Of a stretch of 63,751 nt of DNA, positions 28,936-39,100 are shown in pieces. Within the stretch, counting starts at the first letter, position 1. Each line of letters begins with the position of its first letter. Made by a program: the position numbers and the translations under genes. The notes beneath the pieces are model-generated. The model saw only the letters and a program-made list of their open reading frames with translations. It ran no database searches and had not been told where the DNA came from. Origin of the DNA: Lewinellaceae bacterium (GTDB taxonomy: Bacteria; Bacteroidota; Bacteroidia; Chitinophagales; Saprospiraceae); NCBI GenBank assembly GCA_024639065.1, contig JAHEJC010000001.1, forward strand, positions 1 to 63,751. Direction: 5' to 3'.

Positions 28936-29523
28936 CTATTTATCTAGATAATTACGAGCTAATCGGATCATTTCTGTCTGACTCGACTGATCTGATGGCA
29001 ATTTTAAATAATCCCTTTCCAGTGGATCAAATTTTGTTTTCATTTTTTTATAAACTTGAAAATCGGCTTCACTATCTGGTCTCTTTTCTTTCAACCTGTT
29101 AAAAATAATAGCTTCCTCGGCGGTTACTTGGATTATTTTTAATTTAATGTTTTTCTGATCGCTGAGGTTAAAGTAAGGATAGCGATGTTTGGGATTCATA
29201 AAGGTGGCATCGATAATAACGGATTTCCGTTCTGCAAGCACTTGCTGGGCTCGATTAAACAAAGCAGCATAGACTTGATCCTTACTCTTGCGATCGTATT
29301 TACTCATTTTCCCGATTGATTTTCTGACTGAATCAGTATTGATATGGACTAAACCCATGTTGGCGGCTAATGCTTTAGCAAAATAGGTTTTACCTGATCC
29401 TGGTAATCCACAAATTAGAATAATCATATGGTCATATTTGTCATCGTGCAATCGATACAAAAGACGTTTATAACCAATTAATAATTCGTAATATAAGTCA
29501 TCCTTAGACCTGAGAAATATCAA
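28936..29523 (-). CDS. P-loop kinase-like ATPase (AAA_33/zeta-toxin-like)
   Basis: Walker A GLPGSGKT, followed by IIDATF. The true start may be the internal ATG at 29427 (MIILICGLPGSGKT). The stop lies 3 nt before the APH-like gene start. Confidence 0.75.
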   Translation of the reverse strand: MIFLRSKDDLYYELLIGYKRLLYRLHDDKYDHMIILICGLPGSGKTYFAKALAANMGLVHINTDSVRKSIGKMSKYDRKSKDQVYAALFNRAQQVLAERKSVIIDATFMNPKHRYPYFNLSDQKNIKLKIIQVTAEEAIIFNRLKEKRPDSEADFQVYKKMKTKFDPLERDYLKLPSDQSSQTEMIRLARNYLDK

Positions 29524-29595
29524 TACTTACCACTTAGAATCGTCTATATTGATGTTTGAATACAATTGCTTAAATTAGTTTTAAGTATAAGTAGC

Positions 29596-30765
29596 ATGAT
29601 TAAAAATATAATAACCACCGAAAGAATTCCAGTTAAAATGTGGTTGGAAACGCTTGATGAAACAGCTCTGCAACAAGCTAAAAACCTAGCCAGCTTACCT
29701 TTTGCGTTCCACCATATTGCGATTATGCCGGATGCACATCAAGGGTACGGAATGCCCATAGGAGGTGTATTAGCAACTATTGGGGCTATTATTCCTAATG
29801 CAGTTGGAAGGGATATTGGTTGTGGTATGTGTGCCACCAGAACCAACTTAAATACGATTAGTAAAGATATTTTAAAAGCGCTCCTGAAAAGAGTTCGCGA
29901 CAGAATTCCCGTTGGATTTAATCGCCATACTACTGCTCAGGATAAAAAATGGATGCCCAAAGGGTATGATATTTCGCATTTACCAATTTGTAGCCAAGAA
30001 TTTAATGCAGCATTGCATCAAGTAGGTACCTTGGGGGGTGGTAACCATTTTATTGAAATTCAAAAAGGGAATGATGGATTTATTTGGATTATGGTACATT
30101 CAGGTAGCAGAAACATAGGAAGTAAAGTCGCTGATCATTATAATAAAGAAGCTAGGCGGCTCAACGAACTTTGGCATTCTTGCGTAGAACGATCCAAAGA
30201 CCTGGCTTTTTTACCGTTAGAATCAGACATTGGTAAACAATATCAAAAAGAAATGGCGTATTGTGTTGACTTCGCATATTGCAACCGATTATTGATGATC
30301 GAACGGATTAAGCACTGTATGCAGAAGCTTATTCAAGACGTTTCATTTGAAGAACCTATAAACATAGCGCACAACTATGCACGGCAAGAAGTCCATTATG
30401 GTCGGGAATTAATTGTCCACCGCAAGGGAGCAACATCTGCAGAGATCGGCGAAAAAGGGATTATCCCTGGTTCACAAGGTACTAACTCCTATATTGTTAT
30501 GGGATCTGGCAACAAAGAATCCTTCCGTTCATGCTCGCATGGAGCGGGTCGAAAATTGGGACGCAAGGAAGCTCAAAGAGTTTTAGATTTAGATAAAGAA
30601 ATTAAGTTTCTCGAGGAGAAGGGAATCTTGCATGCAGTGCGCGGCAAATATGATCTTGATGAAGCTACTAGTGCGTATAAATCTATTGATGAGGTGATGG
30701 AAAATCAAAAAGATTTAGTGGAAATCTTGGTAGAATTGAAACCTTTGGCTGTAGTAAAGGGATAA
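29596..30765 (+). CDS. rtcB: RNA ligase RtcB
   Basis: RtcB blocks MPDAHQGYGMPIGG, DIGCGM, GGGNHFIE, PGSQGTNSYIV, SCSHGAGR. I prefer the ATG at 29596 over the TTG at 29566. Confidence 0.92.
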   Translation: MIKNIITTERIPVKMWLETLDETALQQAKNLASLPFAFHHIAIMPDAHQGYGMPIGGVLATIGAIIPNAVGRDIGCGMCATRTNLNTISKDILKALLKRVRDRIPVGFNRHTTAQDKKWMPKGYDISHLPICSQEFNAALHQVGTLGGGNHFIEIQKGNDGFIWIMVHSGSRNIGSKVADHYNKEARRLNELWHSCVERSKDLAFLPLESDIGKQYQKEMAYCVDFAYCNRLLMIERIKHCMQKLIQDVSFEEPINIAHNYARQEVHYGRELIVHRKGATSAEIGEKGIIPGSQGTNSYIVMGSGNKESFRSCSHGAGRKLGRKEAQRVLDLDKEIKFLEEKGILHAVRGKYDLDEATSAYKSIDEVMENQKDLVEILVELKPLAVVKG

Positions 30766-30846
30766 ATAATCAATTTAATCTAGGTTGTTGGAGGCAAGAA
30801 TACTCAATATTTAAATAAGGACAGTACGCTGATTATAAATACCTAT

Positions 30847-31767
30847 TCACAAACCATGTATTTTAACAGCATTTGGTCTTACACTTATTTTACAGGGAGG
30901 TTTGCCAATTAATTCACCGTCGGCCTCAATCCAACTATCAGAATTAGTGTGGATAGCTATTTGTGAAGTTTTAAATCGAGTTAAGAACTTCGAAGGAACC
31001 GGATTACCGGAAAATATTTTCGAAAATTTAATTAATCGATTAAGGATATTCATTTTGTGAATTAATAATATATCTATTAGTCCATCATTTAATCTGGCAT
31101 CAGGCGTCAACTGCATACCTCCTCCACAATATTTTCCATTACCGGCAACAATTCCCAATAAAAGATTGGTCTGATCTAAGTCTATTGTTCTAATTTGGTA
31201 ATTGCGAGAAAAATAATGGAATAAGTGTGATAAAGCAACCAAGGTAAAAGCTACAGTACCACCAAAAAATTTATGTGTATTATTTACTTTCGAGACTACA
31301 GCTCCTCCGATTCCTATTTGACATTCGTTGATAAAGAATCGACGGATGGAATTTCCATCCGGGTCCAAACATTCTAACAGGCCAAGATCAATTGATTGAG
31401 GCAGCGTACTGTTTATCAATTCGAGCTGATCTTTCAACCCTTTGGGTAATTTAATCGTTTTTGAAAAATCACCGCCACTTCCATAATTAATAATCCCCAA
31501 CCGACAAGATTCATTTAATTGACTCGATGCTATCAGACCATTAACCACTTCATGAATCGTTCCATCACCACCAACAGCAATTATAAGTGATGCATTATTT
31601 TCAGCGGCTATTTTGGATAGTCGAATGCCGTCTCCTGGTTGAGTAGTTTCTAATAATTTGAAATTATTTTCGTAGTAATGCTCGAGTAACGGTATCAGCT
31701 TAGCCTTCAGTCTTTTTCCATTTCCAGCTCTGGCAGCAGGATTGAGGATGACATACACTTTTTCCAT
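30847..31767 (-). CDS. Diacylglycerol/lipid kinase family protein (YegS/BmrU type)
   Basis: VYVILNPAARAGNGKR and AVGGDGTIHEVVNG. I prefer the ATG at 31767 (MEKVYVILNP). Confidence 0.88.
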   Translation of the reverse strand: MEKVYVILNPAARAGNGKRLKAKLIPLLEHYYENNFKLLETTQPGDGIRLSKIAAENNASLIIAVGGDGTIHEVVNGLIASSQLNESCRLGIINYGSGGDFSKTIKLPKGLKDQLELINSTLPQSIDLGLLECLDPDGNSIRRFFINECQIGIGGAVVSKVNNTHKFFGGTVAFTLVALSHLFHYFSRNYQIRTIDLDQTNLLLGIVAGNGKYCGGGMQLTPDARLNDGLIDILLIHKMNILNRLIKFSKIFSGNPVPSKFLTRFKTSQIAIHTNSDSWIEADGELIGKPPCKISVRPNAVKIHGL

Positions 31768-31903
31768 TATGCTTGATATTTTCGATAGACAAAATATCGA
31801 AAAAAAGATGAATCCGTGCAACTGTGGGAAATCGGGTGTACTTTCGGAAGTTTGACTAGGTTAATTACTACAAATCAATTTATGATTATTTACAAACAGA
31901 TAG

Positions 31904-32389
31904 CTACTTTACGGCAACACATATATCTACCAGATGCTTGTGATCAGGGTGTGTTTTGGGATCATTTTTGTAGGACTCGTACATCAATCCGCTAGAAATC
32001 TTGAGCTTGTTATCCTTTATGTAAGCAAACAATGAATCCCATGCTTCACCATATTCATCTACATCTATCTCAAACGAGCCAACTGCATACTTGCCTTCAG
32101 GAATCTTCATGACAGCAATTTCCCGATCTCCTATTATATTTTTGGGTATTACAAAACCTACAGATATTCGTTGTTTATCAATGGGCACTGTTTTTGGATC
32201 ATCATGATAAACGGAGATGGCTTCCGCATTTGGATTATTTATCCCTTTGCTTCTCATCCATGGAGCTACTTGATTAAAAAGTTTTCCAAATAATTTAACA
32301 TCGCCCATATAAGGTCCTACGTGCCTCACGTACGCGAAAGACCTTTCTGGATAGTGAAAAGTCATAAAGGTTGCAGTCATAGTCTTCAT
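31904..32389 (-). CDS. GyrI-like small-molecule-binding domain protein
   Basis: 161 aa with a duplicated beta-alpha-beta-beta pattern (FAYVRHVGPY..., KYAVGSFEIDVDEYGEAW) typical of GyrI-like/AraC effector-binding domains. Confidence 0.65.
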   Translation of the reverse strand: MKTMTATFMTFHYPERSFAYVRHVGPYMGDVKLFGKLFNQVAPWMRSKGINNPNAEAISVYHDDPKTVPIDKQRISVGFVIPKNIIGDREIAVMKIPEGKYAVGSFEIDVDEYGEAWDSLFAYIKDNKLKISSGLMYESYKNDPKTHPDHKHLVDICVAVK

Positions 32390-32510
32390 AACAAATCAGT
32401 TTTGAACGTGATCAATGAATGCGTGAAAATAGAGATGGGAATCATCCTAAACAATGACTATAATTATCGCCAAGCATGATATTTATCAAGAAAAAGTTAA
32501 CCTGTAAAGT

Positions 32511-32540
32511 CTAAAAAGGGAGGCTTATTTCCCTCCCTTT
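32511..32540 (-). terminator. GC-rich hairpin plus U5 (minus strand), 220 nt downstream of the BNR gene stop
   Basis: The minus strand reads AAAGGGAGG-GAAATAAG-CCTCCCTTT-TTAG, a 9-bp stem followed by a T-run. Confidence 0.55.
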
Positions 32541-32721
32541 GCCATTTCAGAGTCTCATAGGGTTCATCTAAATGAATAGAATTATGGGCACCCTCAAACA
32601 GTGATCTGTTTTTATACGCGATAAATGTAAATCTAAAAAAATACATCTTCAAGAATATGCGTCACCATAAAACATGATCTATATCATCCCTTTGAAAATG
32701 GAGATTGAAAAATGGAAATAA

Positions 32722-32755
32722 GCGATTTGTGATTAGTAATCTAATCACGAATCTC
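32722..32755 (-). terminator. Hairpin immediately after the BNR gene stop
   Basis: gtgattag-taat-ctaatcac is a perfect 8-bp core that extends to about 13 bp with one mismatch. On the minus strand it is followed by CTTATTTCCATTTTT. Confidence 0.45.
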
Positions 32756-32760
32756 CGCAT

Positions 32761-35700
32761 CTAGGCTTTTTTTACCCCAATCCTGGTATCAATTAGCGGG
32801 ATATTAGATTTTTTTACTAGTTCATTAAACTCTTGAACATCTTTTTCTAAAAGTCCATCGATTTGTTTTTTCAAATTTGACCAAACATCGATCATATCAT
32901 TTGCGCGCTCTACTTGTCCCTTGGTCAATGGTGGAATCATATTGGCTATGGAGGATTCGATTGCTTTAATATTCGCGTCTAATTTATTCTCATAATTGAT
33001 TACATCCTGAAAAGTCTTTTGTTTTCGTTGAACCAATTCTCCATCCAATTTTTTGATCTCTTCAACAATGGAATCTCCTTTTTTTATAATCGTAGAATCC
33101 AGTCCATCCCGTTTGATAAAGGTGGAAATTTGATCTTGAACGCCATTCAATTTATTTACTGTATGATAGATCGTTCTGGAAATAGTATCCAATTCACTCA
33201 ACCATTTTCTTTTTTCATCAAAGTCATTCATCTTTAAATTAAGTCTGGGATCAGGATGAATTACAAATTCTTGTAGGATCGTGTCTTCTTCAGTCAAGTA
33301 TTTCAGCAAGTAATTGCCAGGAGGTACTTCGGCACCTCCAAATCCACCAAAAGGGAACAACTCTTTTACTGATGGTCTATTTTCTCTACGTAAATTCCAT
33401 ACTAGTTTTTTCACCCCAGCGCCAGTTTTAAGATTCAAATCTTTGTTCTTCCCTTTTGAAGAAAATTTCTTAATAACTCTTCCCTGATCATCGATTACTT
33501 GTGCTTGCAAATGGAGGCTATCCGTGCCTTCACCTAATTTATAATAGCTGACCAAACCATAGTCTGGGTTTGTTCCCGTAAACAAGCTTTTATCGTTACG
33601 AGAACCGCCAAATTGATAAACTGGCAAAGGTTGATAGGAAGTGATTAGCTTTTTATCAGTTGGATTATAATTCCTCAAAGGGGTAAGATCATCTAAAGCC
33701 CAAAAAGCCCGGCCCTGCGTGGCAACCAATAGGTCGCCCTGATGAACCATCATGTCTGTAATCGGTGTAATTGGTAAATTTAATTGGAATTTATCCCAAC
33801 GATTCCCACCGTTATAAGATATATATAAACCTGTTTCAGTACCTGCAAAAAGGAGGTCTTTCCGCTTTGGGTCTTCCCTAACAACTCTAACGTGTGCATT
33901 CTTTTCAAAACCATCGTTGCGATCCGTCCAGCTATTCCCAAAATCATCTGACACGTAGATATGGGGTGTAAAATCATTAAACTTGTACCGGTTAAAAGCT
34001 ATATAAACCGTACTTTGATCGTGTGGTGAAACTTCTATGCTATTGATCATTCCCTCCGTTAATCCTGGTGGTGTAACTTTAACCCAATGAGTTCCTCCAT
34101 TGCGAGATAGATGAATTTGACCATCATCACTTCCGGTCCATAATACTTGAGGATCGTGTGGAGATTCAGCAATATACATTAAAGTATGATAAACTTCTCC
34201 ACCGGCTCCTTCACGTGTAATTGGGCCACCACCATAATCGAGTTGACTAGTATCCGGTTTAGTTAGGTCAGGACTTAATTCGGTCCAGGAAAGTCCTCGA
34301 TCTTTTGATACCAACACTAATTGGGCTCCGTGGTAAATGGTTTTAGGATCATGTTGAGAAACTAAAATCGGAGCATTCCAATTGAAACGATACTTGCGAT
34401 CCATCGGTTTAGTACCAAGCCCTAGGATGGGATAGGCCATGATGTCTTTAGATTTTCTCAACTTCACATTGAACTCAGAAATGATTCCTTGATAACAACC
34501 AGCATAAACGTGGGTAGGATTGTCCGGATCAAATGCGCAAAAAGCACTCTCGCATCCACCCACGGAATAAAAGTCCTCATTTCGGATACCTCCTCCTGGG
34601 ACCTGATTTGGAATAGATACAGTAGAATTATCTTGTTGTCCCCCATATACGCGATAAGGAAACTGATTATCCGCATTAATGCGATAAAATTGAGCTGTGG
34701 GTTGATTATCTTGCCGGCTCCAATTTTTACCGCCATTATAAGAAATATTACTGCCTCCATCATTTGCATTAATCATTACGTTCGGATCTTCAGGATGAAT
34801 CCATAGATCGTGGTTATCGCCATGGGGTGTAGATCGCTGAGTAAATGTTTTACCTCCATCGAGTGATTCCATGAATGGTGCATTGAGCACTACCACTTTG
34901 TTTTCGTCTACTGGGTCAGCAAATATGTGCATATAATACCAAGAACGAGCTCTTAATATGCGGTCTTCATTAATTAGATTCCAAGTCTTGCCTCCATCGT
35001 CAGATCGATACATACCTCCCTGATCCGATTCAATTATAGAGTATACTTTCTGTGGATTGGCGCCGGATACTGATATGCCTATTTTACCCATGATTTTCGT
35101 AGGAAGTCCTTCTGTCAATTTTTCCCATGACACGCCCCCATCCTTACTTTTCCAGATACTACTTCCTTTTCCCCCACTGACCATTTTCCAGGGTAATCGT
35201 TGATGATCCCAAAAAGCTGCATATAATATGCGAGGATTCTGCATATCCATGGAGAGGTCGCATGCACCTGAACGTTCATCAACAAACAATATCTTTTCCC
35301 AGGTAGTACCTCCGTCGATGGATTTATAAATGCCGCGGTCTTGGGTAGGTTGGTAGGGACTACCTTGAGCGGCTACATACACAATATTATCATTCTTAGG
35401 ATGAATTCGCACTTTACCAATTTGGCGTACATTTTCAAGGCCCACATGAGACCAGGTCGCTCCTGCATCAGTGGATTTATACATACCATCACCATGAGAG
35501 GTCATCACCCCTCTTATTGGAGCCTCTCCCATTCCTACATATATAACGGATGGGTCAGATGAGCTAACTGCAACAGCACCTACCGATCCCGTTTTAAAAA
35601 AGCCATCGGAAATATTTTTCCAGGCTGCCCCTCCATCTTGAGTCCGCCATAAACCACCACCTGTCGTCCCCATGTAAAAAGTATTTTTGTCCTGGATAAC

Positions 35701-35901
35701 ACCACTCACCGCAGTTGATCTTCCACCTCGATGAGGCCCAATATTTCTCCAGACGAGTGCATGCTTAAATTGACTTTCATCGAATGATGAACTATCAACC
35801 GTAAGAGCGGGTTTAATCTTTTTTCTTTTCTTTTGAGCAAATGTTTCAGTAGCGAGACCAAAAACAATAAACAAACTAAATAAGGCTAGCCGATTTTTCA
35901 T
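32761..35901 (-). CDS. Secreted BNR/Asp-box repeat protein (sortilin/VPS10-like double propeller)
   Basis: 1046 aa with a signal peptide and at least 9 Asp-box motifs (STDAGATW, SIDGGTTW, SKDGGVSW, SDDGGKTW, SLDGGKTF, SKDRGLSW, SRNGGTHW, SDDFGNSW, SYNGGNRW). Confidence 0.85.
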   Translation of the reverse strand: MKNRLALFSLFIVFGLATETFAQKKRKKIKPALTVDSSSFDESQFKHALVWRNIGPHRGGRSTAVSGVIQDKNTFYMGTTGGGLWRTQDGGAAWKNISDGFFKTGSVGAVAVSSSDPSVIYVGMGEAPIRGVMTSHGDGMYKSTDAGATWSHVGLENVRQIGKVRIHPKNDNIVYVAAQGSPYQPTQDRGIYKSIDGGTTWEKILFVDERSGACDLSMDMQNPRILYAAFWDHQRLPWKMVSGGKGSSIWKSKDGGVSWEKLTEGLPTKIMGKIGISVSGANPQKVYSIIESDQGGMYRSDDGGKTWNLINEDRILRARSWYYMHIFADPVDENKVVVLNAPFMESLDGGKTFTQRSTPHGDNHDLWIHPEDPNVMINANDGGSNISYNGGKNWSRQDNQPTAQFYRINADNQFPYRVYGGQQDNSTVSIPNQVPGGGIRNEDFYSVGGCESAFCAFDPDNPTHVYAGCYQGIISEFNVKLRKSKDIMAYPILGLGTKPMDRKYRFNWNAPILVSQHDPKTIYHGAQLVLVSKDRGLSWTELSPDLTKPDTSQLDYGGGPITREGAGGEVYHTLMYIAESPHDPQVLWTGSDDGQIHLSRNGGTHWVKVTPPGLTEGMINSIEVSPHDQSTVYIAFNRYKFNDFTPHIYVSDDFGNSWTDRNDGFEKNAHVRVVREDPKRKDLLFAGTETGLYISYNGGNRWDKFQLNLPITPITDMMVHQGDLLVATQGRAFWALDDLTPLRNYNPTDKKLITSYQPLPVYQFGGSRNDKSLFTGTNPDYGLVSYYKLGEGTDSLHLQAQVIDDQGRVIKKFSSKGKNKDLNLKTGAGVKKLVWNLRRENRPSVKELFPFGGFGGAEVPPGNYLLKYLTEEDTILQEFVIHPDPRLNLKMNDFDEKRKWLSELDTISRTIYHTVNKLNGVQDQISTFIKRDGLDSTIIKKGDSIVEEIKKLDGELVQRKQKTFQDVINYENKLDANIKAIESSIANMIPPLTKGQVERANDMIDVWSNLKKQIDGLLEKDVQEFNELVKKSNIPLIDTRIGVKKA

Positions 35902-36111
35902 GGTTTAAGATAGTTATGACTTGAAATTAATAAAAGTTTCTAAAGAATGAAGTAATAGTATTTCAATCTCAAGACGAAATAATTTTATGACTTAGATTCA
36001 AAAATGGAATTAATTTCAATCGCTTAGCAGGTATGCCACTGATTTGGGTTTTTAATTTTGCGCTGACACTTCGGATATGTCCACATACATTTTATTCAAC
36101 AAAAAAAATAA

Positions 36112-39100
36112 CTAGTTCTCTATAACCGATAAGCCTTGCAAAGTTAATTTCGCTTCCTGCAAATCTGGAGTCTCCAGTCCTTCCTCAAACCATTTAATCT
36201 TTTCTAGTAAAGTTAAGTAGCCTTCATTTCGTTTAGCCGAATCCGTTAACAACTTAGCTAAGTTATTTGCTGCTCTTAACTCCAACGACTTTGCATTTTG
36301 TTGAGAGGCCTTGTCCAAAGCTTTTCTATAAAACGTCTCCGCCAAACTAAAATTTTCCGGACCACCAAACTCATACAATCTACCCTCCAACCGGTAGATC
36401 TCAGCCTCCCACCATCCTTCTTTGGTCCGGTAAGTAAAGTTTTTTGCTTGCTCAAGAGTTGCCCAGGCATCACTTATTTTTCTGTGTTTGAAAAAGGTTT
36501 CGGCAATTATGTACAAAAAATAAGAAGAACCCAGTCTTGATCCTAGTGCTTTCCAATGTTCTAATCCTGCCAACATATTATTGAGATATTGGTCATCGAA
36601 AGGATCGTTATCCAATGCCCATGCTTCCAAAATTTCTGCCCAACCTATCCAAAAAGAAAAACCATTTTGCTTTGCGATCTTTAAACCATCTTGGGCATAT
36701 TTAAGGGTTTTTTCTTTATCACCGTAAAACTGGTATAACCAGGTAGCAAAACTCACGGAGAGGGCCATACTAAACGGATGATTCAGTTGATTGGCCATAT
36801 CCATTGCTGCTTTTATTTGCTCAAAAGCTTTTTCTACATGGCCTTGAAGCCATAAAGTCCATGATTCATAAGAACGAGCAGTAACCCAAGCATCCACCAC
36901 ATCAAATAATAAAGTATTGGCTCTTGTTTCCGGAGTAGCTTTGAGTGCAATAATAGCTCCTAACCGCATTCTGGCATCATCCAATTCACCCAGGTAGAAA
37001 TGGGTGGAGCCTGACGCACGATTACCTATCGCTTTGTGCAGTGGCTCACTACTCTGTTGGGATAGTTTTAAAATTTCAGTACTTAAAAAACGAGCTTCAC
37101 CATATTGGGCAGTTAATAAATAATACCTCCACAATCCATATAAAGTGGGGATTAATTGCATAGTGTTTCCCAATTTTGAACAGAGTGTACGAGCTCGGCT
37201 ATAGGCTTTTTCAACCTCTTCCGAACCATACCCTCGCAAAGCGGTTAAAGGAACGCCCAATGTTATCTGGAATAAGATTTCATCTTCAATACGTTTATTT
37301 GTGACCGGCAATTGGTGTAAAATATGGAGTCCTTCATTTAGGTGGATGATCGCTTCCTGATGCGCAGATTTACTTACCGCAAGTTCTCCAGCTCTTCGCC
37401 AGTATGGAATGGCTTTTTCGAGTAAGCCACCTTCGCTACAATGGTGAGCCATCAATTCCGGATTTGTCTTCATTAATTCCGGAAAGTCAATTTCCAAAGT
37501 TTCTACAATTCTTTGGTGAAACTCTTGTCTTCTTTTTTTAAGCAACGATGAGTAAGCAGCTTCCTGGATTAAGGCATGTTTAAAGGTATACATCATATTA
37601 GGTACCTTTCCATTTTCCAATAACATTTCCGCACTTACCAATTTTTTTAGCCTTTCTATTAATAAACCATCTTCTAACTTACTAATGGCTTTTACTAAAA
37701 TGTAAGCAAATTCCCTTCCGATCGTTGCTCCTAATTGGGCAATTTCTTTAGCAGCCCCCAAACGATCCAATCTGGCCATTAGCGAATCCTGTAAGGTACT
37801 GGGAATGCTTAATGCCTTTAAAGAACTGGTTAATTGATAGCCTGCTTCAGATAAAGTAAGTACGCCGGATTCCAATAATAATTTGGTCACTTCCTCTACG
37901 AACAATGGGTTTCCATCCGTTTTTTTAAGAATATCATTAATAACTACCTCAGGTAGAACGCCCGCTAATTGTTTAATCATTGATTCCGTCTGACTCCGTG
38001 TTAATCGATTTAAAACAATGTGCATTTGATGAGGACCTGCCTCCCAATAAGGTGTAAACTCTGGACGAAAAGTACCGATAAGCATTATGGATGTGCTGGG
38101 AATTTCTGGAAAAAAATTTTCAAACAACTCCAGAGTTGATGGATCGGCCCATTGAAAATCCTCAAATAGAATTAATTCGGGCCTTTGATCACCTTTTAAC
38201 CATTTTATCAGGCTTATGAAAGTTAACGCCTTTAGACGACCAGAGGAGGTCTTAATTACCTCATACTTATTTAAAAGTGAAATCGAAAGTAAATTGGCAT
38301 ATAGAGGCAAATCATGTTTCAAGTCTAACTGCTCTTCCTTAATGAAGGTTTCAAGTTTTTGTAAACTGATTTCAGGTGCTTCATTTCGTTCCAATTTTAT
38401 TTCCGATCGCAACGTATTGATCACCGGATTCAGGGTTGTATTTCGATTAAATGGTGAACATTTAAATACTAGAAAAGGTATATCTTCAACGAGCATTTCT
38501 TTAACCAAGGATTGAACTAATCTGGATTTTCCGATTCCCGCTTCTCCACTTATTAATACAATTTGTCCCATAGAATCTCTAGCTCGATCCCAGCGTTCCA
38601 GAATCTGGGTACGTTCAACTTCACGGCCTACAAAAGTAGATAATCCTTCTGTTGGAACTATGTCTATTTCCGAAAGTTCTTTCTCTCCCTGCACTGTATA
38701 AAGCTCAAGTTCTTCGGAGAAGCCTTTCATTTTAAATTTCCCCTGCGATGTAGTCTTAAATTGACCTCTTAACAATTTATTTGTTTCAGCACTGATCCAT
38801 AGGGTATTTGGATCGGCTAATCCTTGAATTCTAGCAGCAAGATTTGGTGCTTCACCCAAGGCTAGCATTTCAGAATGGGTCTTGCCACCAGTTGCTCCCA
38901 CGACCACCAATCCCGTATGTACTCCAATCCTAACTTGAAGAGAAACTTTTTTTTCCTTACTTAGTTCTTCATTCAGTTCTAGGAGGGCTGCCATCATTCT
39001 CAAGCCAGATAGAATGGCCCTTTGCGGATCATCTTCATGTGCTATGGGGTATCCAAAATAGGCCATGATTCCATCACCTAAATGTTGAACTACCAAACCT

